Shown: one piece after another, positions 52,737 through 63,206 of the stretch
How the letters are laid out: the number at the start of each line of letters is the position of its first letter
How positions within the stretch are numbered: the first letter of the stretch is position 1
From: Abditibacteriaceae bacterium
GTDB taxonomy: Bacteria; Armatimonadota; Abditibacteriia; Abditibacteriales; Abditibacteriaceae
Assembly: GCA_965277285.1 (NCBI GenBank)
Contig: OZ255721.1
Span: 3,328,001-3,392,000 of the forward strand
DNA: 64,000 nucleotides
Direction of reading: 5' to 3'
Program-made: the position numbers and the translations under genes
The notes under the pieces: model-generated
What the model was told of the DNA's origin: nothing
The model's input: the letters and a program-made list of their open reading frames with translations, nothing else
Databases searched by the model: none

Positions 52737-55700
52737 ATGAAGCATCGCTTCGGTTTCGCCTGGTTATTGGTCGTTATTGGCGTGTTCAATGCCAGTGTTT
52801 GGGCGACTTTGCGCTGGTCGTATGAAAGCTCGATGCGCAGCGTTCAACTCACGGTGGCGTTGGATGAAGTGCGTCGTCTGGCCGATTCAAGTCAGGTGGC
52901 GCCTTTGGAAGTATTGAGTGAAATGAAGGCGCGCGGCGTTTCAAGCGTTGTGTTGGCTTTGCAAAACCTGGATACGTGGCACGAGGTCGGGCGAGTCGAT
53001 ATTGTGTCGGCCAGCAAAGCGCGGCAGCTTTTTGGCTTTCGTCGCTTCCTTCCAAATTATTCGTATGTGCTTCGTGTCACACGTGAAAATCGCGCGGTGT
53101 TGAAGCAAATTGCCACACATCTTGCGGCGCAGTCGGGGCGAAATCAGCAACCTGTGTGGCTGGATGCGCAAACTCTGGCGATTGCGCAAGCGCATGATTC
53201 TTGGAATCAGATGCCGCTGGGCTTTGATCCCGATCAGGTCGCTCTCGTGCGCGCCGCCGGTTTGCGCGTGACGGCTCGCGTCTTCAATCCGCTGGGCTTA
53301 ACGCCTCAAGTTTTGCGCACCATGCTGGACGATGCCAAAGCGACCGGCGCGCGTGTTGTGATTGTCGGCGACGATGAAACGTTGGGATATTCGACGCTGA
53401 TCGAGCCAACCGCGCGCGAATTGCAAAAGCGCCACTTGCTTTTCGGCGCTTCGGAGTTTTCGCAGCAAGCGGGCGAGCAAGACCTGACTGCTTTGTCCAA
53501 CGGTTCCTTGGTGCGCATTCACAACCTTAGTGAAGCGGAAGCATCGCACATTACGCCGCGCAAATTGATTGATCGCTATGTGCGTGCGGTGCGCGAACGT
53601 GGCGTTCGACTTGTGCTGTTTCGAGTACTCGAATCGGCCAAGGGCGAAGCGTTTTCCTCGCGCAACTCGGCGGGAACGTTGTCAAACGCCAGTTCGCGCA
53701 ATATCTTGCAGCACAATTTGCAAATCATTTCTTCAATAAGCCAAACATTGAAGCACGGCGGATTGCAACCTTCGTTCGCTTTGCGCGACGCTTCGGCTTT
53801 TGGCAATTATCCGGCGCAAAATCTGGAAAGCCATCTAAGAAGTTCCGCTTTGGTGCGAAGCCTGTCGCAAGCGGCGCTTTTCCTATCGGGCTTGGGCGTG
53901 TTGGGCGGCGTCTTGCTGCTGCTCGAATTGTGTTGCGATTGGAGCCGCAAAGCGCGAATGCGGGCAGCGATGTTTGGAATGATCGTTGTCGCCGCGCTTT
54001 CCTTTTCGGCTTTGCGAGGCGCGCAAGTTCTGGCGGCTGTCGCAGCGTGCGTTTTCCCCATCGTCGGCATTTTGTGGGGCGGCTTGCCACAAACCCTGAC
54101 GCGCGACGCGTCATGTCCCGTTCGATTTTTAACAGCTTGCGGCGTGTTGCTGCGCACGACAGCGATCACCTTATGTGGCGCCCTTCTCGTTGTCGCCTTG
54201 CTGGGAAGATGGCAATTTCTCAGCAAAACCGACGATTTTCTGGGAACGAAAATCGTGCAGATCGTGCCGCTGGTTTTGCTGGCTTACGCTTTGTCGGGTC
54301 AGTTCTTTCCACATCGCGTTCGCGTTGAAGGCGCGAGCATCGCTCATCGGCGCGCCTGGCAGCAATGGCGATTGTGGTTGCAGCAGCCTTATACGATTCG
54401 TGTCGCGTTGTGGAGCGCGCTGGGCGCCGTTGGCTTGTTCTTGTGGATGACGCGCAGTGGCAACGACAGCGGTTTGGACGTGCCCGAATGGGAATGGCGA
54501 ATGCGCTCTGTCCTGGAACATTTGCTGCTCGCGCGTCCTCGTACCAAAGAGATTTTGGTCGGACATCCCGCGTTGATATTGGCCGTCTGGCTCGCGCCGA
54601 AACGCAAGGTGAACGCGCTTTTCTTCGCCATTTTGTTGGCTGTAGTCGGTCAGGCCGACGTGATGAACACGTTTTGCCAGGTCAATAACCCGCTCTGGTT
54701 TTGTGTTCTGCGAACAATCATCGCATTATGTCTGGGAATGGCGGTCGGCTTCATCGCGTGGTGCGCCCTGCGCGTTCTCGCTCCTTCGAGTACTCGAAAC
54801 GCATTCGAGCAACGGACACCGAACGCTCTTCAAAATAAACTCGTGCGACAATGGCTTCTTTCCGTATGGCTTCTTCCTGCGTTCGTGGCGGTGATAATCC
54901 TTGTCGTGTGCCTAACGAAAAAGCGCACGACAACGGAATTGGTGCCCGTGTCGTTGCGCGATGTCGCGGCGCCCGAAGCGACTTGGCCGTGGCCTGGCGC
55001 TCATCAAAGAACGCTTCATCGGGGCATAACGCAATGGACGGCGCGCGCCGCCGATGGCACCAGCCTCGATTTAATCGAGTTCGACTTTGCGCGCAATCCT
55101 CAACTGCGCTTTGAGATTTATGATCAGGACGAAGACGACGACGTGCCTTTCGACAATCGCGTTGCTTACTGGAACCGAGGCGTTGGCGTTGTCACGCGTG
55201 ACCTGAATCAACGCTTTGCGCGACAGGGAAATGGCCGCGTCGTCGTCGCATGGAATGGCTTGTTCTTCGGCTTGAAAAACTGGAAGCCGCGCCAGGCCGA
55301 CCGCGCCTTTCATCTGGCGCCTCTGGTTCTTCACGGTCGAATACTCGATTACGCGCCCGAACCGCGCTGGATGTTCGGCGTGCAAACCGAAAAGGGAAAG
55401 CCACAATTTCGCGTCATATTTCGTCCTACGCCCGCGCAGAAGGCGCGCTTCGATTTTGCCGCTGGCAGCGCGCAATGCCTGCTGTTAAATGGTCGCGCCC
55501 TGGCTTTGGCGCCTTACCCGACAACGCCGATTGACGAAAAACGTCTGCCCGCGACGCCACAAAACGCGGGGCATATTCCCGTTCTGGATGAGATTCGCAC
55601 ATCGCGCGTTTCGATGGCATGGACGCGGAACTCGCAACGCTTCTACCTGCTTTTTGTGAAAGAACCCGACGGCGAAAACGGTAGTCGCGCCGCCTTTGCC

Positions 55701-56093
55701 CGCAGCTTGCCGGCCACCGATCGCTTGAGCCGCGGCGGCTGGATGCTGTCCGATGTTCAGCATTTCTGGATGTCCATGCGCCACAGCAAAAACGTGTGGA
55801 GCGCCATCAACTCCGACGGCGGCGATGTCGCGCAACTTTTGTATACGCAGCCTAACGACAATTACCAGTTTCTGGCGCCGCGCTTCGTGCTCGACACTTT
55901 GCCAGGTGGTAAAAAGAGGGATGCAACAACACGGCGCACGCTCGCTCCTGACTTGAAAAACGCGCTGCCTGGCGGAACCATTATGTCCTTTTACGTGCGC
56001 GATTCCGCCGCTTTCAACGCCAATCGAGTACTCGAAGTACCACGAACACCTTTCGTAACATCCACCAAATTCAAGAAACCTTCCAGCCAATGA
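52737..56093 (+). CDS. DUF5693-like membrane protein fused to an additional extracytoplasmic domain
   Basis: RAVRERGVR, FLGTK, RSGN, RPRTKEILVGHP and NTFC in the first ~680 aa, then a TM helix and a ~390-aa domain (AWNG, NSDGG). Confidence 0.7.
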   Translation: MKHRFGFAWLLVVIGVFNASVWATLRWSYESSMRSVQLTVALDEVRRLADSSQVAPLEVLSEMKARGVSSVVLALQNLDTWHEVGRVDIVSASKARQLFGFRRFLPNYSYVLRVTRENRAVLKQIATHLAAQSGRNQQPVWLDAQTLAIAQAHDSWNQMPLGFDPDQVALVRAAGLRVTARVFNPLGLTPQVLRTMLDDAKATGARVVIVGDDETLGYSTLIEPTARELQKRHLLFGASEFSQQAGEQDLTALSNGSLVRIHNLSEAEASHITPRKLIDRYVRAVRERGVRLVLFRVLESAKGEAFSSRNSAGTLSNASSRNILQHNLQIISSISQTLKHGGLQPSFALRDASAFGNYPAQNLESHLRSSALVRSLSQAALFLSGLGVLGGVLLLLELCCDWSRKARMRAAMFGMIVVAALSFSALRGAQVLAAVAACVFPIVGILWGGLPQTLTRDASCPVRFLTACGVLLRTTAITLCGALLVVALLGRWQFLSKTDDFLGTKIVQIVPLVLLAYALSGQFFPHRVRVEGASIAHRRAWQQWRLWLQQPYTIRVALWSALGAVGLFLWMTRSGNDSGLDVPEWEWRMRSVLEHLLLARPRTKEILVGHPALILAVWLAPKRKVNALFFAILLAVVGQADVMNTFCQVNNPLWFCVLRTIIALCLGMAVGFIAWCALRVLAPSSTRNAFEQRTPNALQNKLVRQWLLSVWLLPAFVAVIILVVCLTKKRTTTELVPVSLRDVAAPEATWPWPGAHQRTLHRGITQWTARAADGTSLDLIEFDFARNPQLRFEIYDQDEDDDVPFDNRVAYWNRGVGVVTRDLNQRFARQGNGRVVVAWNGLFFGLKNWKPRQADRAFHLAPLVLHGRILDYAPEPRWMFGVQTEKGKPQFRVIFRPTPAQKARFDFAAGSAQCLLLNGRALALAPYPTTPIDEKRLPATPQNAGHIPVLDEIRTSRVSMAWTRNSQRFYLLFVKEPDGENGSRAAFARSLPATDRLSRGGWMLSDVQHFWMSMRHSKNVWSAINSDGGDVAQLLYTQPNDNYQFLAPRFVLDTLPGGKKRDATTRRTLAPDLKNALPGGTIMSFYVRDSAAFNANRVLEVPRTPFVTSTKFKKPSSQ

Positions 56094-56145
56094 CGCTGCG
56101 AATGGCACGCCGATTTGATAATATCAATTTAAGGAGCGGAACTTT

Positions 56146-57366
56146 ATGATTTTGCCAAGCGATGCGAACAATTCGGGGCGGCGTTTGGGCGACGAGGAAA
56201 TGGATTTGTTGCGCCAGGTCATCGAATCGGGAACGCTCAACTGCACCAAAGGCACGATGGTGATGCAACTGGAACGGGAGTTTGAACGCGATTACGGCGG
56301 CGAAGATTGGCATTGTACTGCGGTGACTTCGGGGACGGCGGCGATTCACACGGCGGTTGCGGCGATTGATCCCAATCCGGGCGATGAAATCGTGACGACT
56401 TCGATTACGGACATGGGCGCTTTGGCGCCGATTCTTTATCAGGGCGCGCTGCCTGTTTTCGCCGAGATCGACCGTTTTTCGTTCAACGTTACGCGCCAGA
56501 GCATTGAGAGCGTACTCACTTCGCGCACGCGCGCCATTATTGTGACGCATTTGTTTGGCGTGCCCTGCGAAATGCAAGCGATTATGGAGCTGGCACGGGA
56601 ACGCGATCTTCCCGTTATCGAAGATACAGCGCAAGCGCCTTTCGCTCTTTATCAGGGGAAACGCGCGGGAACGCTGGGGACAATCGGCTGTTTTTCGTTG
56701 CAACAAGGCAAGCACATGACGGCGGGCGAAGGCGGATTGGTGCTGACGCGCGACCGTGATTTGGCGCGTCGCATGACGCTTTTTCACGACAAGGCGTGGG
56801 GCTACGGCGATGCGAAACCGGATCATTATTTTTTGGCGTTGAATTATCGCATGAGCGAATTGCAGGGAGCGGTGGCTTTGGCTCAATGGCGCAAAGTGCG
56901 CGATGTCGTGCGTGACAGGCAAAAAAGCGCCGCGCAGTTTTCTTATTTGATCGCGGATCTGCCTGGCGTGATGCCGCAGGCCACGCCGCGCGGAAGCGAA
57001 CCCGTGTTCTGGAAATATGCGCTGCGTATTGACGAAGCGCAAACCGGCGCCGATGTTCAGCAAATCGGGCGTTTTCTGAGCGACAACTTTGGCGTGTCTT
57101 CGGCTCCGCGCTATGTACAAAAACCGGCGTTCGAATGCGCGATTTTCCGCGAGCAGCGAACGTTCGGCACCAGCCGTTTTCCCTTTGTGGGCGCGCATCT
57201 CGAACGCGACTGGCAGCAGCCTCACATCGCAGATTTTCCTGACACAATGGATGCTTTGGCGCATCTGCTGGTTTTGCCATGGAACGAAAATTACACCGAA
57301 GAACACGTCCGTTTTTTGTCTCGCGCGCTGCACGAAACGATTTCTCATTTTCGTAATTTGGCTTGA
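56146..57366 (+). CDS. DegT/DnrJ/EryC1/StrS aminotransferase
   Basis: SGTAAIH, IEDTAQA, FSLQQGKHMTAGEGG and NYRMSE. Confidence 0.95.
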   Translation: MILPSDANNSGRRLGDEEMDLLRQVIESGTLNCTKGTMVMQLEREFERDYGGEDWHCTAVTSGTAAIHTAVAAIDPNPGDEIVTTSITDMGALAPILYQGALPVFAEIDRFSFNVTRQSIESVLTSRTRAIIVTHLFGVPCEMQAIMELARERDLPVIEDTAQAPFALYQGKRAGTLGTIGCFSLQQGKHMTAGEGGLVLTRDRDLARRMTLFHDKAWGYGDAKPDHYFLALNYRMSELQGAVALAQWRKVRDVVRDRQKSAAQFSYLIADLPGVMPQATPRGSEPVFWKYALRIDEAQTGADVQQIGRFLSDNFGVSSAPRYVQKPAFECAIFREQRTFGTSRFPFVGAHLERDWQQPHIADFPDTMDALAHLLVLPWNENYTEEHVRFLSRALHETISHFRNLA

Positions 57367-57487
57367 AGTCACCTCTTAAATACAACTAAAAGATCGAAGC
57401 CATCAGGATGACAAACTGATAAATTGACGCGATAACTTATTGATGAGCTGGCTGTTAGTCTTTGGCGCTTATCGAGTACTCGAAACT

Positions 57488-58471
57488 ATGTCTTTACGAA
57501 TCGGCATTGTTGGTTGTGGGCACATCGCGCTGACACACGCACAAGCGTTGGCCTCTGTGCCGACCTTTGAACTTGTGGGTTTGTGCGACTGCGATATTGA
57601 AGCGGCGCGACGTTTGGCACCAGAGATTTCTATAGCTTTCATCGGCGACGATTTGAAATCGTGGCTTGAAGAAAGTCGCGTCGAAGCTGTCATTGTTTGT
57701 ACGCCACCTTCGACACATCTGGAGATTGTGCAAACGTGCTTGCAACGCGGCGTTCATGTGCTGTGCGAAAAACCGTTGGCGATTTCGGCGGCAGAAGCGC
57801 AACTTATGCGACGCGACGCCATGAAGTATCAGCGCCTTTTGTTGCCCGCGTTCAAGTTCCGTTTCTGCGACGCGATTCAGCGCGCGCGAAAAGAAGTTCA
57901 ATCGAACAGCTTGGGCGACCTTCAATCGTTTGAGATCGCCTTTTGCGCGCCTGTGGAAATGCGCAATCGCTGGAACTCGAATCCCAAATTAGCGGGTGGC
58001 GGCGTTTTGATGGACAACGGCCCGCACGCGTTCGATCTGGCGCGATTTCTTTTCGGCGAAGTGCAATCGGTCGAAGCGCAATTATGTTTCCATCAGAAAC
58101 TGGAAGTTGAAGACGCCTGCAAGATTCAACTGGAAACGCGTTCGGGTTTGTCGGGACAAATCAAACTCGATTGGACACGCGCGCACAGCGACGAATGGTT
58201 TCTGACCATCAACGGCACCAAATCCATCTTGCAAATTGGCTGGACACAATCGCGCCGTTGCGGTTTCGAGACCAACAACTGGCAAAACTTCGGCGATGGC
58301 TATCAGAAAATGCCCGCTTTTGTCGCGCAACTTCAATACTTCGCGTCGCAACTTTCAGCAGACGAAAGCACTCCGCAATGCGTGACAATTGATGACGGCG
58401 TCGCGGTGGTCGTCGCTGTTCAAGACGCTTATCAAGCGGCGCGCGAAAAACGACGCATCGAGAGCAAATAA
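57488..58471 (+). CDS. Gfo/Idh/MocA oxidoreductase
   Basis: IGIVGCG, HVLCEKP and GGGVLMDNGPH. Confidence 0.93.
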   Translation: MSLRIGIVGCGHIALTHAQALASVPTFELVGLCDCDIEAARRLAPEISIAFIGDDLKSWLEESRVEAVIVCTPPSTHLEIVQTCLQRGVHVLCEKPLAISAAEAQLMRRDAMKYQRLLLPAFKFRFCDAIQRARKEVQSNSLGDLQSFEIAFCAPVEMRNRWNSNPKLAGGGVLMDNGPHAFDLARFLFGEVQSVEAQLCFHQKLEVEDACKIQLETRSGLSGQIKLDWTRAHSDEWFLTINGTKSILQIGWTQSRRCGFETNNWQNFGDGYQKMPAFVAQLQYFASQLSADESTPQCVTIDDGVAVVVAVQDAYQAAREKRRIESK

Positions 58472-58504
58472 AAAGCGCCGCAGAGCATAAACTCTGCGGC
58501 GCTT
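58471..58504. terminator. Hairpin terminator between convergent genes
   Basis: AAAAGCGCCGCAGAG-CATAAA-CTCTGCGGCGCTT. Confidence 0.7.
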
Positions 58505-58532
58505 CGCTATTATCGAGTACTCGATAGGTGTA

Positions 58533-59693
58533 TTACGCCAAGCCAATTGCAGCTTCGACGCGGCCATTGGTGGCGGCACGCTTCGAGATGGCGGGCGCGT
58601 CCAGTTCCGCTGATGTCTCGTCGTCTTCCGCGTCTTCAATTTGCGCAGGCTGTTCGCTGCCGCGCAAGTTGAACAACGTGCGAATCTTTTGTTCCAATTC
58701 GTCCGCGATGTCGGGATTTTCTTCCAGATAATTGCGCGTGTTATCGCGTCCCTGAAAGCGTTCGTCGCCCACTGTAAACCAGGCGCCGCCTTTCTGGATC
58801 AGGTCTTTCTGCACCGCCAAATCCAAAATATCGCCGTATTTGGAAATGCCCTTGCCGTAGATCAAGTCGAATTCGGCTTCGCGGAACGGCGGCGCAATTT
58901 TGTTCTTATCGACGCGAACTTTGGTGCGATTGCCCATCACCGTCGTGCCGTCTTTGATCTGCTCGCCACGCGAAACGCGCATACGAACGCTGGCAAAAAA
59001 CTTCAAGGCGCGACCGCCCGGCGTGGTTTCGGGCGAGCCGTACATGACGCCGATTTTCTCACGAATCTGGTTGATGAAAATCACCGTCGTATTGGCGCGA
59101 CCAGCACTTCCGGCCAGCTTGCGACAACCTGCGCTCATCATGCGCGCCATTACGCCGACGTGCGTGTCGCCCATTTCTCCTTCGATTTCGGCGCGCGGCG
59201 TCAAAGCGGCAACCGAGTCGATGACGATGACATCAATCGCGCCCGAACGAATCAAGGTATCGGCGATTTCCAGCGCCTGTTCGCCGTTATCCGGCTGCGA
59301 CACATACAAGTTGTCGATGTCCACACCCAACGCCGCCGCATACGACGGATCAAGCGCGTGTTCCGCGTCGATAAAGGCGCACGTTCCGCCCGCTTTTTGC
59401 GCTTCAGCCAGAATGTGCAGCGTCAGCGTCGTTTTGCCGCCGCCTTCCGCACCGAAAATTTCGACCAGACGACCGCGCGGCAGGCCTCCGCCCAAAGCGA
59501 CATCGAGCGACAATGAGCCAGTCGGCGTCGTGTCCACGTTCATGTGCGTCTTATCGCCCAAACGCATGATCGAACCCTTGCCAAAGTTCTTTTCCATGCG
59601 CGACATCGCTTCTTCCAACGCCTTGCGCTTGTCTTCGCCCGTCGCGTTCGGGTCGTGGTGAATGACCTTGCTCGGCCCCGTATCCTTCGCCAT
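58533..59693 (-). CDS. recA: Recombinase A
   Basis: [48 protein letters not shown] and KNKIAPPF. Confidence 0.98.
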   Translation of the reverse strand: MAKDTGPSKVIHHDPNATGEDKRKALEEAMSRMEKNFGKGSIMRLGDKTHMNVDTTPTGSLSLDVALGGGLPRGRLVEIFGAEGGGKTTLTLHILAEAQKAGGTCAFIDAEHALDPSYAAALGVDIDNLYVSQPDNGEQALEIADTLIRSGAIDVIVIDSVAALTPRAEIEGEMGDTHVGVMARMMSAGCRKLAGSAGRANTTVIFINQIREKIGVMYGSPETTPGGRALKFFASVRMRVSRGEQIKDGTTVMGNRTKVRVDKNKIAPPFREAEFDLIYGKGISKYGDILDLAVQKDLIQKGGAWFTVGDERFQGRDNTRNYLEENPDIADELEQKIRTLFNLRGSEQPAQIEDAEDDETSAELDAPAISKRAATNGRVEAAIGLA

Positions 59694-59882
59694 TTTTCGC
59701 TCTCCTTAAATCGTTTTTCGCCTGTATTTATCTACGTCTTTCCGACGCTCTACATCACTTTTCGTTGCTTCTATTTACCACTTTTCGACATCAAAATGTT
59801 TTCATTGTTTTCAATGATAGCGACATTGTAACCGATATTTCTGAGCGTTGCAAGTGTTGAAATCGAGTACTCGAAAGAGTTT

Positions 59883-60197
59883 CTACGTCAATGTTTCAAA
59901 GAAGGAATGAAGCGCGACATCAAGCTCTTCGGTGTTCTCGAACTCGTAATGCTTGTGTTGGATTATTATATCTTCAGGAGCGTCCAAAGCTGCCTCAAGG
60001 TCAGCGACTTCCACCTCGCACTCGCCTGTGTCCCAACAAATGAATAATCCATTGAAGCGCCCAGCCGTTGCATCAATAACGATGCTCTTCTTTGTTTGAA
60101 TGTCGGCTGGTCCTACAATCGTCATCTGAATGTCTTCGCTTTCCAATCGCGATTGATTTGCGGACAGCCAGCCGAGAATGTAATTGATGAAACGCAT
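59883..60197 (-). CDS. Small acidic hypothetical protein (possible orphan immunity protein) between cinA and recA
   Basis: 104 aa; WDTGECEVE motif; AT-richer than flanks. Confidence 0.55.
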   Translation of the reverse strand: MRFINYILGWLSANQSRLESEDIQMTIVGPADIQTKKSIVIDATAGRFNGLFICWDTGECEVEVADLEAALDAPEDIIIQHKHYEFENTEELDVALHSFFETLT

Positions 60198-60207
60198 CTC
60201 AAGTTTC

Positions 60208-61461
60208 CTAAAGCTGCGGCAACCCCAATAAATGGCGACGTAGAACGTCGAGCGCGAACATGGCGGCGCGTTGTTTGATGATGATGCGGTCGCCGATGAA
60301 GTCGCGCGGAAAGCTGTGCGTGCCGTGTTCGTCGCTCAGGCCAACGAAAACTGTGCCGACAGGTTGGCCGCTGCCCGAAGTCGGGCCAGCTTCACCGGTT
60401 GTGGCCAGGCCGAAAGCCGTGCCGCCCGATTTGCGCACGTTCTCCGCCATCGCTTGCGCCGTTTGTGCGCTGACAACGCCGTGTTCGTCAACGATGTTTT
60501 GCGGTACATCGAGTACTCGAATCTTGGCGGATGTCGCGTAAGAAACGATGCCCAGTTGCAAGGCTTCGCTGGCGCCGGAAATATCGGTCAGCATCGCAGC
60601 GATCAAGCCACCCGTCACTGATTCGGCGATTGAAAGCGTGGCGTTCTGGTTCTTCAGTTCTTGCAGCACAACGCTCGCCATCGTCTGGTCATCGACACCG
60701 AAAATGTGCTGGCCTTGACGCGCGCGAATTTTCGCTTCCATGTCGTCGAGCAGAATTTGGGCTTCGGCTTCGTCGCGCGCTTTGGCGGTCAGTCGCAGAT
60801 GAACTTCGGTTTGTCCGAACAACAGCGGCGCGACGGTCGGGTTTTGTGCGGTCGTCAAAATGTCTTCGAGCGGTTCGGCCAGAACGCTTTCGCCGATTCC
60901 AAAAGTCCGCAAAACGCGATTGACGATGATCTGGCGTTCGCCGCCGATGTGTTCCAGCAAGTGCGGAATGATCGACAAATCGAGCATCGCTTTCATTTCG
61001 CGCGGCACGCCGGGAACCGCGAAAATCATCTTGCCTTCGTGTTCCCATTGAACGCCGGGCGCGGTGCCGTTGGAATTAGGAATCGCGGTCGCGCCTTGCG
61101 GCAAATACGCCTGGCGAAATGTGCTTTCCACCATCGTGATCTGGCGGCGTGCGAAAAACGCGCGCAATTCGTCTTCGAGTTCCGTGTGATGTTCAAGCGG
61201 AACGCCAAGCGCGAGAGCAATTGCTTCGCGCGTCAGGTCGTCGGTTGTCGGGCCAAGTCCGCCGGTAACGAGAAGGACATCGGCGCGCGACAAGGCACCG
61301 CGAATGCAATCGACGATGCGCTCGAGATTGTCGCCTGCCGTTTGCTTGCGATGCACGTCGATGCCGGCGCGAGAAAGTTGTCCGGCGATGTAAGCGGCGT
61401 TGGTGTCAATGATTTGACCCAGCAAAAGTTCGGTTCCGACACAAAGAATTTCAGCGCGCAT
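60208..61461 (-). CDS. cinA: Competence/damage-inducible protein CinA
   Basis: VGTELLLGQIIDTN, TGGLGPTTDDLT, PGVPREM, AESVTGG and TGEAGP; upstream of recA. Confidence 0.95.
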   Translation of the reverse strand: MRAEILCVGTELLLGQIIDTNAAYIAGQLSRAGIDVHRKQTAGDNLERIVDCIRGALSRADVLLVTGGLGPTTDDLTREAIALALGVPLEHHTELEDELRAFFARRQITMVESTFRQAYLPQGATAIPNSNGTAPGVQWEHEGKMIFAVPGVPREMKAMLDLSIIPHLLEHIGGERQIIVNRVLRTFGIGESVLAEPLEDILTTAQNPTVAPLLFGQTEVHLRLTAKARDEAEAQILLDDMEAKIRARQGQHIFGVDDQTMASVVLQELKNQNATLSIAESVTGGLIAAMLTDISGASEALQLGIVSYATSAKIRVLDVPQNIVDEHGVVSAQTAQAMAENVRKSGGTAFGLATTGEAGPTSGSGQPVGTVFVGLSDEHGTHSFPRDFIGDRIIIKQRAAMFALDVLRRHLLGLPQL

Positions 61462-61530
61462 AATAAGTTCTTGATTGGATAAATCGAATATTGAGTACTC
61501 GATATTGAGAGTTCTATGTGACGTGAAGAA

Positions 61531-61926
61531 TCAAACAGCCAGAATTAATGAGTAAGCGCCTTCACTAAGATATTCCAATTCGATGGTTTCCGAACAGCGT
61601 GGCAAGATGTAGTTTTCGATGTACAAGCCAAACATTCGGGGCTTAGAAACCATTCGGTATCGTCTCAAAATAGAAGCATAAAGCAATTCGTGATTCAGCC
61701 ACGTACTACAATCGTAACCAGCGCTGATAATCGCAATGAATATGTCGCAGCGTTCAATTCTGTCTTCGACTTGCGAATAAAGGTTGCCTTCTTTTGACGA
61801 CGGTGCAAAGTTGATGAGGCACGAAGATTCTTGCAAAAAAACGCAGAGCGATTTTACCTGTTCCAAATCTCGTTCATTAAAGGCACAAGAGATGTAAATG
61901 TTTTTATTCACAATACTTAGCTCCAC
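61531..61926 (-). CDS. Stand-alone TIR-domain protein; start uncertain
   Basis: IYISC...CDIFIAIIS..Y..STWLNHEL TIR pattern with conserved Glu. Confidence 0.7.
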   Translation of the reverse strand: MELSIVNKNIYISCAFNERDLEQVKSLCVFLQESSCLINFAPSSKEGNLYSQVEDRIERCDIFIAIISAGYDCSTWLNHELLYASILRRYRMVSKPRMFGLYIENYILPRCSETIELEYLSEGAYSLILAV

Positions 61927-62040
61927 GCTGCAAAGAACCAGACGCTAAATTGCGGCAAAGTGTTAAAATAAAAGCGACCCGAAAGCTCTTTGAGACCCTC
62001 GCAGTTTAACAGTCCGCGCGCTGCGTTTTGCGACATTTTT

Positions 62041-63171
62041 ATGCTTGGACTTTATGTTCACATTCCGTTTTGCGCACGACGCTGCCCGTATTGCGATTTT
62101 GCGATTCACGTCGGCGCGGGACAAAGTTTCGTCGCCGATTATGTGACCGCACTGCAAAACGAAATCGTTCAGGTTTTGGCGAAAAATAGCGCGCCATTGG
62201 AGACCATTTTCTTTGGCGGAGGAACGCCGACTGCACTGCCGCCCAAAGTTTTGGCGGGCTTGATGCAACTGATTCGAGAACACGCCGATGTGTTGCCCAG
62301 TGCGGAAATCTCGATTGAAGGCAATCCTGAAAACAGCAGCGACGAACTGTTCCAAACGTTGAAAACTGCCGGTTGGAATCGACTTTCGCTGGGCGCGCAA
62401 AGTTTCGATGACGAAGCGTTGAAAAAAATCGGGCGCGTTCATACGAGCGAACATATCGAGTACTCGATTGAATCGGCAAAGCGCGCCGGATTCGGAAATA
62501 TCAGCCTCGATTTGATGTTTGCGTTGCCCGGGCAAAGTCGTGAAAGTTGGCGTGAAACGTTGCGTCGCGCGCTTCGTCTGGAACCGCAGCATTTGTCGTG
62601 CTACAGTTTGACCATTGAGCCGGAAACGCCTTTTGCGCGGCGCGTCGAACGTGGCGATTTGATTCCTGTCGAGGACGGCGCGCAGGCCGAACTGATGCAG
62701 GACGCGTATGAAATGACGCGCGAAGCCGGAATCGAACGTTACGAAGTGAGCAATTACGCGCGGCGCGGTTTCGAGTGTCAGCACAATCTGAATTATTGGC
62801 GTGGCGGCGATTATCTCAGTGCGGGTTGCGGCGCGCACGGACACAAAAACGGTCATCGTTGGTGGAACGAACGCGACGCCAGAACTTACGTCTCTCGGAT
62901 GCAAAATGAAGGTAGCGCGCGCGCGGGCGAAGAGTATTTGACGAGCGCGCAGCGTTTCAACGAAGTCGTGATGTTGGGTTTACGCTTGCGCGAAGGTTTC
63001 GATGTGGAAAGTACGGCGCGCAAGTTGGGCGTCAGCGATTATCGAGTACTCGAAAGCGCGCTCGACGAGTTGAAATCGCGCGGCGTGTTGTGGCAAAACG
63101 AACAACGAATCGGTTTGCAGGCTCCCGCGATGATGGTGGCGGATGGCATTGCCGCGCGCCTAATGATTTAA
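62041..63171 (+). CDS. hemW: Radical SAM heme chaperone HemW (HemN-like)
   Basis: LYVHIPFCARRCPYCDF, FFGGGTPT, YEVSNY and HNLNYW. Confidence 0.92.
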   Translation: MLGLYVHIPFCARRCPYCDFAIHVGAGQSFVADYVTALQNEIVQVLAKNSAPLETIFFGGGTPTALPPKVLAGLMQLIREHADVLPSAEISIEGNPENSSDELFQTLKTAGWNRLSLGAQSFDDEALKKIGRVHTSEHIEYSIESAKRAGFGNISLDLMFALPGQSRESWRETLRRALRLEPQHLSCYSLTIEPETPFARRVERGDLIPVEDGAQAELMQDAYEMTREAGIERYEVSNYARRGFECQHNLNYWRGGDYLSAGCGAHGHKNGHRWWNERDARTYVSRMQNEGSARAGEEYLTSAQRFNEVVMLGLRLREGFDVESTARKLGVSDYRVLESALDELKSRGVLWQNEQRIGLQAPAMMVADGIAARLMI

Positions 63172-63206
63172 TTGGCCGTAACTAATGGCGGATGGTGAGG
63201 AGATTT

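Noticed and set aside
59694..59882. SOS box upstream of recA
   Set aside because: I could not find a convincing match to any LexA consensus I know
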